From Eledone cirrhosa (lineage: Eukaryota), in NCBI GenBank assembly GCA_964016885.1, contig OZ024742.1, positions 256,184,001 to 256,248,000 on the forward strand: a stretch of DNA of 64,000 nt, written 5' to 3'. A program made the translations under genes and the position numbers. Positions 15,036 through 29,566 of the stretch are shown one piece after another. The notes under the pieces are model-generated. The model ran no database searches. It was not told the DNA's origin and saw only the letters and a program-made list of their open reading frames with translations. Position 1 is the first letter of the stretch. Each line of letters begins with the position of its first letter.

Positions 15036-15579
15036 CTCAATATATTTTTATAGACAAATAGCTACTTACGAATATATGCATTTACAGAGAATCGGTACAC
15101 AGATCATAAAAAATCATCTATATACGGTTTGTGCGATCTATCAATCTTCTCTAACATATTTTACTCGTATTTCTGATGGAATCATAAAGTCATTCTATCT
15201 TATTTAATCCATAGAAATAATGGACAATTTTTCACCCAGACAAAATATATCTCTCTCAAATATAACAGTTCAAAGCTACAAGCAATGTTCTCGCTATTTT
15301 TGCACCACTCGTTGCTTTTGTAGTCTAATGTTACTATTTGATTATCAGAACAACCACCTCATTAAATTAACTGCAAGTGGCTGAGCATTCCAGAGTTATG
15401 TATTTATGTATAAGTTTTACGTGATTTCAGAGGATTCAACCTGACACAGTTTAGGTCAAAACAGGCCAATTGAATTGCAGCCACAAAGGCACTTTTTTTT
15501 ACACAGTGTGTCACACCTATACTCCCTGAGCATTTCCATTAGTATACACGTCTCAATGGAATGCTCAACTCCTTAGAAT

Positions 15580-15800
15580 ATAATGGTTTCTTACATAGGC
15601 GCAATTCCATCAATTTTGGGGGAGGGAAAAGTCGATTTAATAGACCCAGTGTGTGACTCGTACTTTATTTTATGGACCCCATAATGATGAAAGGCAAATT
15701 TAACCTCGGCGGGATTTGAACTCAGATCATAAATGGCCGTAAGTCTATGCTGCAAAGCATGGCGTCCGACTCTCTACCGATGTGCCATTCGACGGCCCTA
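15580..15800 (-). mobile_element. tRNA-derived SINE, longer subfamily
   Basis: tactttattttatggacccc..gatgaaaggcaaatttaacctcggcgggatttgaactc; includes the extra ttttgggggagggaaaagtcgat segment. Confidence 0.85.
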
Positions 15801-16168
15801 GCACCTTAGAATATAATAGAAAATGAAATGTACACTAAATTCCAATGGCTGATGAACCTCACCGGTCATAGTTTTAAGTGGTAAACATGTTGATTGAATA
15901 CTTGATCCCGTGCACATTAATTTCACAGGCTGTTCCCTTGATGAAACAATCATTCTTTACTATCCGACGTCAAAATGATCAGGTAACCTCATTCATTAGT
16001 TTTATTTCGGAAAAACACACACAAACAAACTTACTCATATATATACATAAGCACATGCACACACATACGCGCGCATGCACACACAAGTATACACACACAC
16101 ACACACACACACACATACACACACACAAACCAACACACACACACATACACACACACATACACAAACAG

Positions 16169-16206
<38 letters not shown>

Positions 16207-17165
16207 TCATTTATTTTTTATATGTGTGTGTGCATATGAATATATGTATATGATCGAATATGATTTTTAATATTTACCTATTTATGTACTTATATATCTA
16301 TAGTCTGCAAATCCATTCACGTTTATTTTACAGACAACCTTTCGTCACACCAACTGTTAGATTATTTTTTACTATATTTCCTTACCAATAAAACATGAGA
16401 AAAGTACACAAAAGCGGAATATATTCGACGATGTAGCGAGCAAGTAATATATCACAGTGAAAAAAAATCAAATGAATGACTGAAAACCGCATAGCAGTGG
16501 AAAAGCCATGCTGTCTAGTTTGGCTTTTATAGAGATACAGAAATGCAAAGAATGAAATATTGAAAAAAATCTGGAGAGAATGAGGTGCGGAATTTTATAT
16601 TATAGTCAGATTTGATAGGTTTTCTCTTCTCTTCTGAAAGAGAAATTCCGAAAGGAGAATATATATATATAAATTGCAACTTTGCTAGCCAATAAATACA
16701 AAAAGTGTCACTTCCATACGAACATAACTGATCGATAGTATGAGACATAGTGTCTTTGAATCGATAACATTCGATAGAGACACTTTTTTCAAAGTGAATA
16801 CACTATAGAAAGTGAAACACATTCTGGAGTTGGCTTAGATCTATGGTAGAATAGAATAGAATAAAATAGATTGCGTAGAAAAGCTTGAAAAGCAAAGCAA
16901 TAGAGATGTGTAACATTTGACAAACGTTGATAAGACCATTTTGCAATAATAATTCACCGACATACGATCGTATATATGCAAATGCTTATATATACATATT
17001 GTTGACACGAACACATAATTACATAGGATAGTACGCAAACACAAATGAATAAGGACGCGCAAATAGCTACACATATCACTCTAAATCATAACCACTATCC
17101 TTCACCTTAATTTATATATCTACAATATATATATATATATAAGTATATATATACATATATATATT

Positions 17166-17303
<138 letters not shown>

Positions 17304-17343
17304 ATATATACATATACATATATATATATACATATATATATAC

Positions 17344-17432
<89 letters not shown>

Positions 17433-17437
<5 letters not shown>

Positions 17438-18262
17438 GGCGTGCTCCGTTGTTGCGAGTGTGATACATAGGAATGAAAAATAGAGCAAGAAACGGGACTG
17501 TCCATCATCAGATATCTTCTGACTATCATCGGTATTTCTTCGCATTAAAGACCAGATACCTAAAAATTAGTGCGAGCAATAACTAAAATAAGTTGTTGGG
17601 AAAGAGCAAATTGGGTGGAAAAAGAGGGACAGTAAACAAACAAAAGTAGTAATGTAACGTAAAGAGAGCTAATGTGAGACAAGTCAATGATACATGTGAA
17701 CTTAAGTTCTAACAAATCAACGACGAGAAGACAACAGACACGTCCGATCCCTGCGGAATGTGAGCGAGAAAAGGATTTCACACGGGTCAGACGGGAGGTG
17801 CAGCAGAGAGTAAGTGAGTGAGAAGAGGCCAGCCGAGAGAGTGTGTAACCAGCAGAGGGGGTGAATGAAAGCAAGAGGTACAAGGAGAGAGAAGGGGGAG
17901 AGAGAAAGAGGATAGCAGTAAGGTGATAGAAAAAGATAAACCACAGCGAGGGGAAAAATTATATATGAATGAAAAAATGGCGTGCTGCGTTGTTAAGAGT
18001 GTGATATCTATAAATGTAAAATAGAGGGAGAAACGGCACTGTCTATCATCAGTGATCTTCTGACTATCATCGGTATTTCTTCGCATTAAAGACCAGATAC
18101 CTCAAAAACAGTGCGAGCAATAACTAAAATAAGTTATTGGGACAGAGCGATTCGGGTGGAGAAAGAGGGACTGTAAACAAACAAAAATTGTAATGCAACG
18201 TAGTGACTTGTCTCTCATTTTCTCTCTTTACGTTGCATTACTATTTTTGTTTGTTTACTCAC
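17433..18262. mobile_element. Direct repeat (about 225 bp, period about 542) with terminal inversion; PLE pLTR-like
   Basis: aaatggcgtgct..cgttgtt...gcattaaagaccagatacct at 17433 and about 17975; hairpin 18173-18260; starts at the edge of a long (TA)n. Confidence 0.6.
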
Positions 18263-18289
18263 ACTATTTCCAGTTTCTTCTGGTCAGAG

Positions 18290-20250
18290 AGGACTGAGGA
18301 TGGGCGTAGGTTTTCCAGAAGGAATAATTGAACGCTTGAGAAAACACCGTCTAACATTGGGAAAAATCTCATCCCCTTAATTAGCACAATGCCACAGCAT
18401 TCACCAACTCCGATGAAGTAAAAACATATTTATAAGAAAAACTGTCATCCTTCATTCAATCGTAAGTGTACCTAGAGCAGATAGAATTGCAGCAGTTGTG
18501 GATTTTAACGCTAGGAATTGATCAGATTGTTCCAGCTGGAAGGGCGTAAGTAGGCAAGAACACTTTTTGGAAGTAAAACATCAATGAACTCCTGCCCCTG
18601 GAGGCTTGCACATATTATGAGCTAGTTTTACCAATACAGTTTTTCGATTCCCAACTAGAAACAAGACAACTTGGATGTTAACAAAGTCAAAATACTTGCA
18701 ACTGGTGGACTACGTTCTCAAGAGACAGAGACACAAACCGTATGTTCGCATCACAATTCTATTTTATGAATATATCGCTGGATACCTAACAAACTGCAAA
18801 TCACAAATTCCCAAATTAACCTTACTTTCAACTCAAAGAAACGGGCCTTTGACGAGAAGAATATGAAGTACAGGTAGACATCCATTGGTAACAAATGAGG
18901 ACCGACTAGCCAGTTGGGTAGAACATTTTCAGAAAATGCTCAATTGAGAGGATCACATTACTCGGTTTGACGTCAATCAGTAGACGATTTCGTAGGCCAC
19001 CTGCAGGTGGGAAATGAAGGGATCCCAACATAACAAATATTCAAAGCCATTGTTCGTCTGAGGAACAACAATCTAGCCAGGCTTGGAGAATAAATCTGCT
19101 GAATTGCTTAAACTCGGAGGAGGTAAAGCAGCAGAAGCCTTGAGACATCTTTACAGTTTAATATGGCCTGCTCAAGGTCTTAGGTGGTGGCGTGATAATA
19201 GCATTACCCAAGAATGACACTTAAATAACAGCACCAATTAGTGTTAAATAACTTTCTGCAGGATGGTTTCGTGCAGCGTCATGCTTGGTCACCTGAAGTG
19301 GCCTATCTATCAGCATCTACGAGAATAGGCTGAATTAAGGGATAGAATGCCGTACAGCAGAAAATCCTCACGTTATATAACACAATTGCTCTATGTCAGG
19401 AGTTCAAACAGCCATTGGTGTTCAACCTTTGACAGTGTGCACAGAGAGATTCAAAGGAAAATCGGCGCAATGTATGGCTGCCTAAACACTACATCACATA
19501 ATCATTTTAACTGATAACATACTACTGCATCAGAACCAATGATGTCGTCACAAAAGTGCGTCAGGGATGTATACTCTTCCGTTGTAGGCGAATTTCATCT
19601 TCAAGAAGTACAGCATAAGTGATCAAATAAGAAAACATTTATTTCGCTGACTATCTGAGTCTCCTTATTACCAATTACAAGAACATAAACCAGATTCAGC
19701 AACAGCAGCTCGGTCAGAGTTGAAAATATCAAAATAATAGAAATTCAGAAGATACAGTCCGTAGGCTGTTGAAAATGTTGCATATCTAGGCAGAATCGAG
19801 GATTAAGATAACAACTCAAACATTGATATGTCAAAAAGAATTTGTAAAGCTGTAGATGTCTTTCAGTGTCGGAAGCCTGTAGTGTTAATCTCCTCCATTT
19901 AGCTAAAGAACAAAGCTCCACCAGTATACGTTAATCGTTGCGCCAATAGGGATTTATGCTTGTGAGACAGAAAAAGACCTGTAGAATCTACAGAACACTA
20001 AATGTATTCCATTGACCTTGCCTTAGACCATATGTAAGAGTTTTTAGCCTGAGAATGCCTCAAATGAAGTGGTCATGGAAAGGACCAAGGTGAGTAATCT
20101 ACAGGATAGCATCGTTGTCAATGTACTGCGGATATATACACAAACAGCAATGCGGGTCTCATTTGAATCGATGCCCGAAGCAAGGGGGAGGAAACAAGGC
20201 TGGCTTGTCAAGGACCTGGCAGACAGTTGCCTGATGCGGTAAAAAGAAAA
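18290..20250 (+). mobile_element. Heavily degraded RTE-like LINE
   Basis: Ordered RT motifs across frameshifts: FDSVHRE (about 19428), VRQGCIL (about 19556), FADYL (about 19643), YLG (about 19783). Confidence 0.7.
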
Positions 20251-21777
20251 GAACATGCCTTGCAACCGTTAGGAATGGCGATTTCTTGTCACCTACAGCT
20301 CCATAAAAATTTCTTACATCGACGGATAAAAGAAAACACCACCACCACTCTCTCTAACCCCCACACGCGTTTATATGATTCTTATAACGTGACGGACATT
20401 TTACACATAATGTATTACTGCTTTATTACAACGTATACATCCAACACGACATATTGCTTCTATTCTTACAAGGACTGTGTGACGTGATTCCAATAGCTCT
20501 GGTGATATAATGACTCTAAATTATGTGAATCAGTGATGAGAACTCATTGATTCCGCATACAACGGAGGCGAGAAATAAATCTATATAGTGAAAAATAATT
20601 GGTCTGGCATTAACACAAATCATGCATATCTAATAAAGAAACCCCCATGTTAAACACCCCACCTATTAACTTTCCACTGCCCATATTCTGAATTAAAATC
20701 TACGTCTCAGACAGAGAGAAAGCAATAGAGAAATAAACACATTTGATCGATTAATAAAGAAATATAAATGTCATATCAAATAATAGAGCAATTGAAAGAA
20801 AGTTGAATGTAAATGAAACATATTGAAATGAAATAAAATAGAAAAAAATGGACATTCAACTTCGAAGATGAATGTTCTAGTTGTTCGATTAATGTAACAG
20901 CCTGATCAAAAAATTAGCGTCTAACGTGTAAAACGTTTAACCATAACGTTATTATCAGAGGGTTTCAGCGTATCACATTGTGACAACGATGGACCTTTGT
21001 ATTACAAATGTAATACATCAGTCGTGCTTCCAACCAGTGTCCGTCAACCTAATTTCAGTCACAAATCATGGATCACATCAAGGCTATGATAAATCACAAT
21101 TGGCCAAAATTACAAATATTGAATTATTTTAGTTCAACGAATAAATGAGAAATCAGTTTTAAGCCCGAAGGCTCATCAGACACGCGCGTTTACAGGCTTC
21201 ACTGACTGAGAATATAAGAAAACAAAAATTCTATAATATTTAATAAGTATTTTTAAAATTCATTTTAAACACCATTAAAATATTCACTGAATTATTAAAT
21301 ATGTCTGACCTATCTTATTATAAACAAGTTCAGATGAATAGAGCGTTTTGTTTTTATTATCTATTTTTTTCGTTATAAAATTTGAAATATAGGAGTTATT
21401 ATGTCTTGTCATTGACCAGGTCAATGACAGATCTACAAATATTTTGATGTGAATATATAGATGACGAAAAAGTATATGTGTATTTTCAATACTCAGTATG
21501 ATTCCTCTAAGCAGTAATTTGTTTATTTGAAATCTTTATTTTTTAAATTGACATTTTATGTCATTGATATATATGAGAATACAACAAATATATAAAAACA
21601 GTTATGGACATTTTTCCTTCTACAGAAAGAGGTTAGCCTTCTGAAGTAAATGGCAGCTTCTCAGTGTCAATGACCTTCCTGGAGACAACCTCTTTAATCA
21701 CCTGTATTATTCTCACTTATTTGCAGAAAGTATAAACAATCCATACATGTTTAGCTGTTTAGCATTATACCCCCACC

Positions 21778-21816
<39 letters not shown>

Positions 21817-21817
<1 letters not shown>

Positions 21818-22352
21818 AGTAAGTGTTTCTAATTTTCGCACACGGCCAGCAATTATCCTAGTCCATTACTGGGGCTTTATTTTATCGACCCCGTAAGGAT
21901 GAAACGCAAAGGTAACCTCTGTGGTATTTAAACTCAGACCCTAAAGGGCCGGAACTCTATGCTACAAAATATAACGTCCAACCCTCTACTGCTAATCCAC
22001 CTCTCTTTATATATCAAATACATATATTTATATATCAAATAATTGTTTCTACTATTGGTACAAGGCCAGCAATTACCCAGTACATTACTGGTACTTTATT
22101 TTATCGACCCCGTAAGGATGAAAGGCAAAGTTAACCTTGGCGGGATTTGAACTCAGAATGGCAAGGGCCGTAACTCTATGCGTCAAAGCAAGGCGTCCGA
22201 CCCTCTACCGATACTGCCAAATTCACCGCCCTTATATATATATATATCAAATAATTGTTTCTACTTTGGGCACAAGGCCAGCAATTACCCAGTGCATTAC
22301 TGGTACTTTATTTTATCGACCCCGTAAGGATGAAAGGCAAAGTCAACCTCGT
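21817..22352 (-). mobile_element. Three tandem tRNA-SINE copies (about 21817-22005, 22038-22231, 22250-22352)
   Basis: Same core and B box as the 10064 copy; each is preceded on + by tatatatcaa; third copy truncated. Confidence 0.88.
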
Positions 22353-22578
22353 GGTAGCTAAGCCGGGATTAAATCTTCATAGTTGATTATTGCATTATAT
22401 ATATATATATTGATACATTGTTATTTATGTTACTTCGTGTGATATGCTGGTGGCCATGCACTTCCATCCATTAGTGAAGTGCGTAAGAATCTGATGAAGC
22501 CAAGTGAATAACAATGCAACAGAAATACATATAATGCAATAAACAATTATGGTGATTTCATCCGGTCTTAGCTACCAT
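22352..22578. mobile_element. Fold-back element with degenerate hammerhead (about 22487-22540, +)
   Basis: tggtagctaagccgggattaaatc...ttattgcattatat pairs with atataatgcaataa...gatttcatccggtcttagctacca; gaat-CTGATGA...GAAA-tacata-TA-atgc-AATAAA. Confidence 0.55.
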
Positions 22579-22590
22579 TATTTGATAAAT

Positions 22591-22762
22591 GAAGCGGTGG
22601 ATTGGCAGTTTCGGTAGAGGGTCGGACGCCATGCTTTGAAGCATAGAGTTACGGTCCTTGCCATTCTGAGTTCAAATCCCGCTGAGGTTTACTTTGCCTT
22701 TCATCCTTACGGTATGCACTGGGTAATTGCTGGCCTTGTGCCAAAAGTAGAAACAATTATTT
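22591..22762 (+). mobile_element. tRNA-derived SINE (+ strand, internal deletion)
   Basis: gcggtggattggcagtttcggtag...gagttcaaatccc...gcctttcatccttacgg...gtagaaacaattatt. Confidence 0.88.
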
Positions 22763-22989
22763 CAATATAGGACACAGTGTTATCTAATATTCCTATGACA
22801 TTAGAATGAAAAGTAGAAACAATTATTTGATAAATGAATACTCCGTCAATCTTTATCACCTACCTGGGATAAACTACTGACGTGTAGTGCTTTGGTCCCC
22901 AGGACCTGCTTATCACCAGGAAGTTAATACTGTACAACTAAGATAAGCAACATTCTTGAGCAACTATAAATATATATATATATATATAA

Positions 22990-23165
22990 AACAAAATTTC
23001 GCTCTACATGGTTGAATACAATAAAAGTAATCTGAGTTTTTCGAATATTAACGATAACATTCGATTCATTCTACTGACATGGCTATAACATTGAGGCTTG
23101 TTTGCAAAATTGCAAACGAATCGAATGTTATCATTAATATTCGAAAAACTCAGATTACATTTATT
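22990..23165. repeat. Fold-back copy of the 9632 family in (TA)n
   Basis: gtaatctgagtttttcgaatattaacgataacattcgattc pairs with gaatcgaatgttatcattaatattcgaaaaactcagattac. Confidence 0.8.
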
Positions 23166-23182
23166 ATATATATATATATCAC

Positions 23183-23225
<43 letters not shown>

Positions 23226-23232
23226 TACCTTT

Positions 23233-23327
<95 letters not shown>

Positions 23328-23336
23328 GTGTATGTA

Positions 23337-23555
23337 AAAGGTAAACATATATAACAACACAATCGGTACAGGAAGGGATATATTAGGTTAACGCTTGATA
23401 TAGCAGGAAGGGGGACTTAACGTTTCGGACGCTAGTCCTTCATCAGGAGAAATAATGAGAAATAAGATAGATTGAGCGGATGGGCGGGTTGGAATTGGAA
23501 AAAAATAACTTTAGATTAAAATAACAGGTCTATTCATGTTGACATCTCTTGCAAA
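23337..23555 (-). mobile_element. Family A pLTR-like unit with minimal hammerhead at 23414-23451
   Basis: Minus: ttctc-CTGATGA-aggac-tagc-gtcc-GAAA-cgtt-aagtc. Confidence 0.85.
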
Positions 23556-24499
23556 TCTAATATATGTATTAACTTGCTCAGGTTGTCGAGAACAATACAT
23601 AGGCCAGACCAAAAACAGCCTCCGCCAACGCATGACTGTCCATAGATCCCAAATTAAAATACGGGAATACAGGAAAATACCACTGCGTGAACACATTGAT
23701 ACCTGTAGCGCCCAAAATCATCCCAACTTCAGAATCTTTACCCTCTACAAATTTAAAGATAATGCCACCCACACCCAGCGCATTAACAAGGACTCTGACT
23801 TTATTAACAAATACGGACCCCGTCTAAACACTTCTCCCTAAGACGAACCCACAACATACACACGCCAACATACATACCTACATCAGCATACATCTCTATC
23901 CACATATGAACACAATGACATACATAAACACACATATGGTGCAACACAAATATACACAAATTTGCATACCTTTTGATGTCTATAGATATAAACGAGTCGA
24001 CACACACACATACATATACGCACACATGCATTGCACACTGATGGGCACATACATATTTGTACACAAGACTTCCAATACGGCAAGGCCTAATGGATTCCCC
24101 TTGCAGTACGTACAATCTGGACACTCACACACACCTTGGTATTATGCCAATACTATATATCATTTCACACCTTTTATTATTAAGGTTGTTGATGTTCTAT
24201 TGAGAGTATCGTTTTTACTGAAAATATCCAATAATGTACACCATTTTTACCAGTATCACAAAAATACTGGTCCACCCCCCACACACACACATTCTCACAC
24301 ACACACACACACACATATATATATACACACACACATACACACGCGTACATTAACATACAAAGATACATATATAGACACACACACACACACTTCTCCGTAT
24401 AAGACAAGAGCTGAACAATAACTTTTAACATGTTAAAATATCAACCACATACGTACATACACATTCCTACTGACCATCCCTCTACCACGAATTATTCTG

Positions 24500-24547
<48 letters not shown>

Positions 24548-24650
24548 TTCTTAATAGGCATTTGAACTGTCAACAGGCTGCGGTTCGCACACACATCCCT
24601 GCTGACCATTATCACAAAAACGAACCTCTTTACTACTACTACTACTACTA

Positions 24651-24684
<34 letters not shown>

Positions 24685-25095
24685 TTGTCTTGAAAGACTT
24701 ATTTTTCAGTGACTTCTCAATCAGCCGAGACAACCTACATTTGGCGCAAAATCAATTTTTAACATTCACATGACCTCTACGGACCAATCAAAATTGTTTT
24801 GACCACAAGAATTTTGTAATACATCTGGAGTCACTTTTTTTTAAAAATAAAACAGGTAGAATTACCAAAACTAATCAGATTAGAACAAACATCACGGGCG
24901 CTCTATCTCAAAATTATTTTTGAAAAGCATTAGAAATGCGCAACCGGTAAAACTTAAAACCAAAACTGAATACTAACCAATACTATTACTAATTCTCACT
25001 TATTCCTAATTAAACTATTTTTCACTGTGAACAATTTGTCAGCATTTTCATTTCCTTTTACCAATATATCATAACTCGTGTGTTACACCTCTATT
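23556..25095 (+). mobile_element. 3' end of a PLE: GIY-YIG domain (stop at 23841), long microsatellite-rich 3' region, hammerhead at 24917-24952
   Basis: NLIYVLTCSGCREQYIGQTKNSLRQRMTVHRSQI...FINKYGPRLN; ttt-TTGAAAA-gcat-tagaa-atgc-GCAA-ccgg-TA-aaa. Confidence 0.85.
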
Positions 25096-25099
25096 CTTT

Positions 25100-25159
<60 letters not shown>

Positions 25160-25160
<1 letters not shown>

Positions 25161-26400
25161 AAAGGTAATGAATACAAAGAGTTTAAAACCGTTAAAACAT
25201 GTTTATATAATTGTGCACCTACGTACGTTTCGCCCTGAGCGGTTTTCAATGGAATGGAAAGCAAAATAATGTTCAATATAGGACCCAGGAGGGAATTTAC
25301 GGTTAAATTAGCATCATTCATTTTCCTCTCTGTGCATGTGTTTTTATTATCACAGAGCAGGGGGAGTAACTCTGGCCGGTGTTCCAGCAATCAGTCCCAT
25401 GTGAATTTTAATGCCTGTCCATATACTGATGTTTCGCATCTTTATGTTATGTGTGTTGTTTCACTAGTGCCAGTACAGGTCGAGTCTGATGTGTCCATTT
25501 ATTATTTAATGGATGTTGCTTCACTAATGTTTGTTCGAGTATGGTCTGCGGTGTACATTTGGTTCACAGATGTTTGTTCATACTGCGTGCCCACCGGGGG
25601 TTATGGTTCGGGCAGGAGCACCCAGTTCGTAGTTTTCATGTCACAGTCGCCTCCCAGGCAAAATACGACACCTGTACCCGGTGTTTACAATTAATAACTG
25701 ATTCTGCTCGGCTATTTAAGGGCTCATGGGGTGTTCTTATGATGTAGTACAACTCCATGAGGCAAAGCTGGCATTTCCCCCTGAAGTTGTAGGGTGCAGC
25801 CCTACTGACAATATCCCAATGTGTGGAGAAGCATATGTTGGCGTCTTGCAATGTGGTGACATAGTTTGCAAGCGATGTGGAGTGCCTTAATTTTTTGTTC
25901 CTGAAAGAGTGGAGATGCGTTCTAAATCTCGTTTTAAACTGGCCAGAGGTGGCTCCAATATAGTGTTTAACTCCGCTATGGCTAGTTACGGTACACCTAT
26001 AAACAACCTTATCAGTCAGGCATTTTCGCCTGAGAGGGCAGCCTCCCTGTCACGACAGTTGCATTTTCCGTCGCGGTCGCTCCTAGTTCCTAAAGTAAAG
26101 CTATTACTATTGCTATCTATGTTGTTATCTATGTCTCTAGCTCCATCATTGGTACTGTTATCTCTCGAGGCCTGCGGTGTTGTACCATTATTATTCCGCA
26201 CGCCGCAGCCCATTCGGCTGCCGGTGGGTGACGCATGTGGGTCGCCGGTATATTCTCCAATCACGCCTTGGTTACGTGGGTTTCGTCTGCCGTGGCGGCC
26301 ATCCACCCCATTTGGTGCTGTTAGGGGCTTGTTAAGGTTAATAGTGTTGTTGTCATGTCTAGATGTATCTGTGCTAAGGTGTGGTGTTTTGCTGTGCTGA
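25160..26400 (-). mobile_element. 3' end of a second PLE type (Naiad-like Cys-rich GIY-YIG) with hammerhead remnant at 25216-25254
   Basis: Minus, with a frameshift: CNCRDRE..CLTDKVVYRCTV..YIGATSGQFKTRFRTH..WDIVSRAAPY..CQLCLMELYYII..LNSRAE..CKH; TTGAAAA-ccgctcagggc-GAAA-cgtacg-TA. Confidence 0.85.
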
Positions 26401-26475
26401 ATATGACCCGTCCCACCCTTGCAAGCAAGGAAAAGCGAACGTAAAATGATGATGATGGTGATATATATATATATT

Positions 26476-26758
26476 AGAGAAAATGATGAAGTTTCGATTA
26501 CATGTATTTAGATATTTAATGTGTATCTAACTGTTGCGCACTTTTCGCAGAGAGTTGGCCTATTGCCACGCATAGAAGTTATGGATCCAATTCTATTATG
26601 CATCTTCTCTTCATACCGGGGATGTGACAATAAATATAGTGTTCCTCGCATCACCAGTCTGAAGAGAAAATCGTAAATGGATGACCCTGAGCCTATCACA
26701 GGTCGATTCACAATAAAACTCAAAATATATGTAATCAAAACTTCATCGTTCTTTTTAT
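26476..26758. repeat. Fold-back element (about 50-bp terminal inverted arms) in TA context
   Basis: gatgaagtttcgattacatgtattt pairs with aaatatatgtaatcaaaacttcatc; internal CTGAAGA and gtc-gattcac-AATAAA. Confidence 0.55.
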
Positions 26759-26859
26759 TATATATACTCTGCCTTTGCATAGAGTGCTTGTTTTAGTACC
26801 ACCACCACTAATTCATTGAATCATATACAATATATATATGGCAACAAGAAAGCACCTAT

Positions 26860-27053
26860 TATTTTTCTCTAAAAACATTTTTCCCAATTACACCCCGCCC
26901 GTCCTTTCAATCTTTCTCATTTCTCATTCTGTCTTCTGATGAAAGACTAGGGTCCGAAATACTAAGACGCTCTTCCTGGTATTTCAAGCGTTAACCTAAT
27001 ATATTCCTTCCATATACTGTACCGATTGTGTTTTTATTTCTGTTTACCATTTA
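26860..27053 (+). mobile_element. Family A pLTR-like unit, hammerhead at 26931-26968
   Basis: gtctt-CTGATGA-aagactagggtcc-GAAA-tact-aagac (perfect 5-bp stem I). Confidence 0.8.
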
Positions 27054-27069
27054 CACACACACTCACAAG

Positions 27070-27960
<891 letters not shown>

Positions 27961-28295
27961 AAAATATCAAGCTAAGTTTTCACTCACTTACAACATAAAA
28001 AAATATATATGCAGTATATATTAAGGGAGTTACGCCCCTTGTCACATATCAAAACCACAACAAACAAAAACAAAAACAAAATAACTTGTATCCCTTAGTT
28101 TAGCAAGGACGGAAGCGACAAAAAGCACGCGATCGAACAACAACGGAAGTACAACTCAAACAGGTGTTTATGAAAACGTAAAAAGAAAGGAAGCATGCTA
28201 AACACTAACCTTTTGTACATGTTTTAACATTCCCCTCTTTTTTTCTATATATGCAAGGTATATATGCAAGGTGGTTTTTCTTTTATTATCTTTTT

Positions 28296-28354
<59 letters not shown>

Positions 28355-28439
28355 CATGTTCCGAAGAGATTGTTTTGGATAAAACAGGAGCAAGCAGGAG
28401 AAAGCTCTCAAAAGTCTTAGTTTGTAGTTACGATGGAGG

Positions 28440-28734
28440 TCCAGTATAATAAAAACATTCTGTGGGGATGCGTGAAACTGACACATAAACAGCACTTCAC
28501 TGCAGCAAACGCGACGGCTGAAAGACGATTTTGAACTCATATGTCTGCTGGATATACGATCAGAAGGACGTGTTTTTCCTGCCGGCGGCATATCACAAAA
28601 TCCAATTTCATCTGAATATACCGTTCACATAACAACAGCAAATACATGAATTACATGTTGATTGAATGGGAGTACCGTAGATACTTAATTATAATGAATA
28701 AACGTTTTATATAACTTCAGCATCTTTATTAATG

Positions 28735-28738
<4 letters not shown>
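28440..28738 (+). mobile_element. Solo pLTR of the 48060-50470 PLE family, degenerate extended hammerhead at 28607-28698
   Basis: Homologous to about 50200-50465 (cgacggctg..atcacaaaatc..atttcatctg..atgaataaa..cagcatctt); ends in (TA)n. Confidence 0.7.
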
Positions 28739-28788
<50 letters not shown>

Positions 28789-29335
28789 TGAAAGTAATGC
28801 ATGCTTACAATATTTTTATCTACAATTATATTTATGTGTATGCGTGTGTATGTATATAACTAAATCGAGTAAAACTTTCAAGTAGTCATGATATTCATGC
28901 ATTATGTGAGGAGGTGGATTCTTTCTTCAGGGTGTTCTTCTTTGCAAACTTACATTCGATTATATAATAGTCCACCCATTTGACTTCAGAATTTTCTGTG
29001 TTCGTTGGATTTATTGATCCTTACAGACAACTTAAACAAAATGTATTAAAATGCCCGAAGTTTAAAACTTTAAATTTCTAGCATATTCTAATGAAATTTC
29101 TGAAAATTTATTACGTAGTCTCTTGTGAACTTATCCAAAAAGTTATACAGTACAACATATAATCTATGCCTAACAAGATTTGTAAATTCTAAAACTCAAG
29201 TATATATAATATGCGGACATTTCTCATCGAATAAAATGTTTGATATCATACAGCTCAATGACAAAATATACTTCACTCCAAAAATCCTAAGCTACGGCAT
29301 TAGTATTACGTGCACACATACACACACACACGCAG

Positions 29336-29425
<90 letters not shown>

Positions 29426-29426
<1 letters not shown>

Positions 29427-29566
29427 AGAAGGTGTGGTTAGATACCAGATGGAACATAACGCACGAAAGTACTCGATACTTAGGGTTGTAGAGTGGGTAA
29501 TAGGAAAAAGTCAGGATCCCGACAGCTGAGCTCCGGCCGTTTCGACAACTAGATCCAAAAAGGATA
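29426..29566 (-). mobile_element. Short PLE-type insert (7014 family)
   Basis: Shared tail; minus HHR 3' half GAAAcggc-cggagctca-gctgTC-ggg. Confidence 0.65.
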
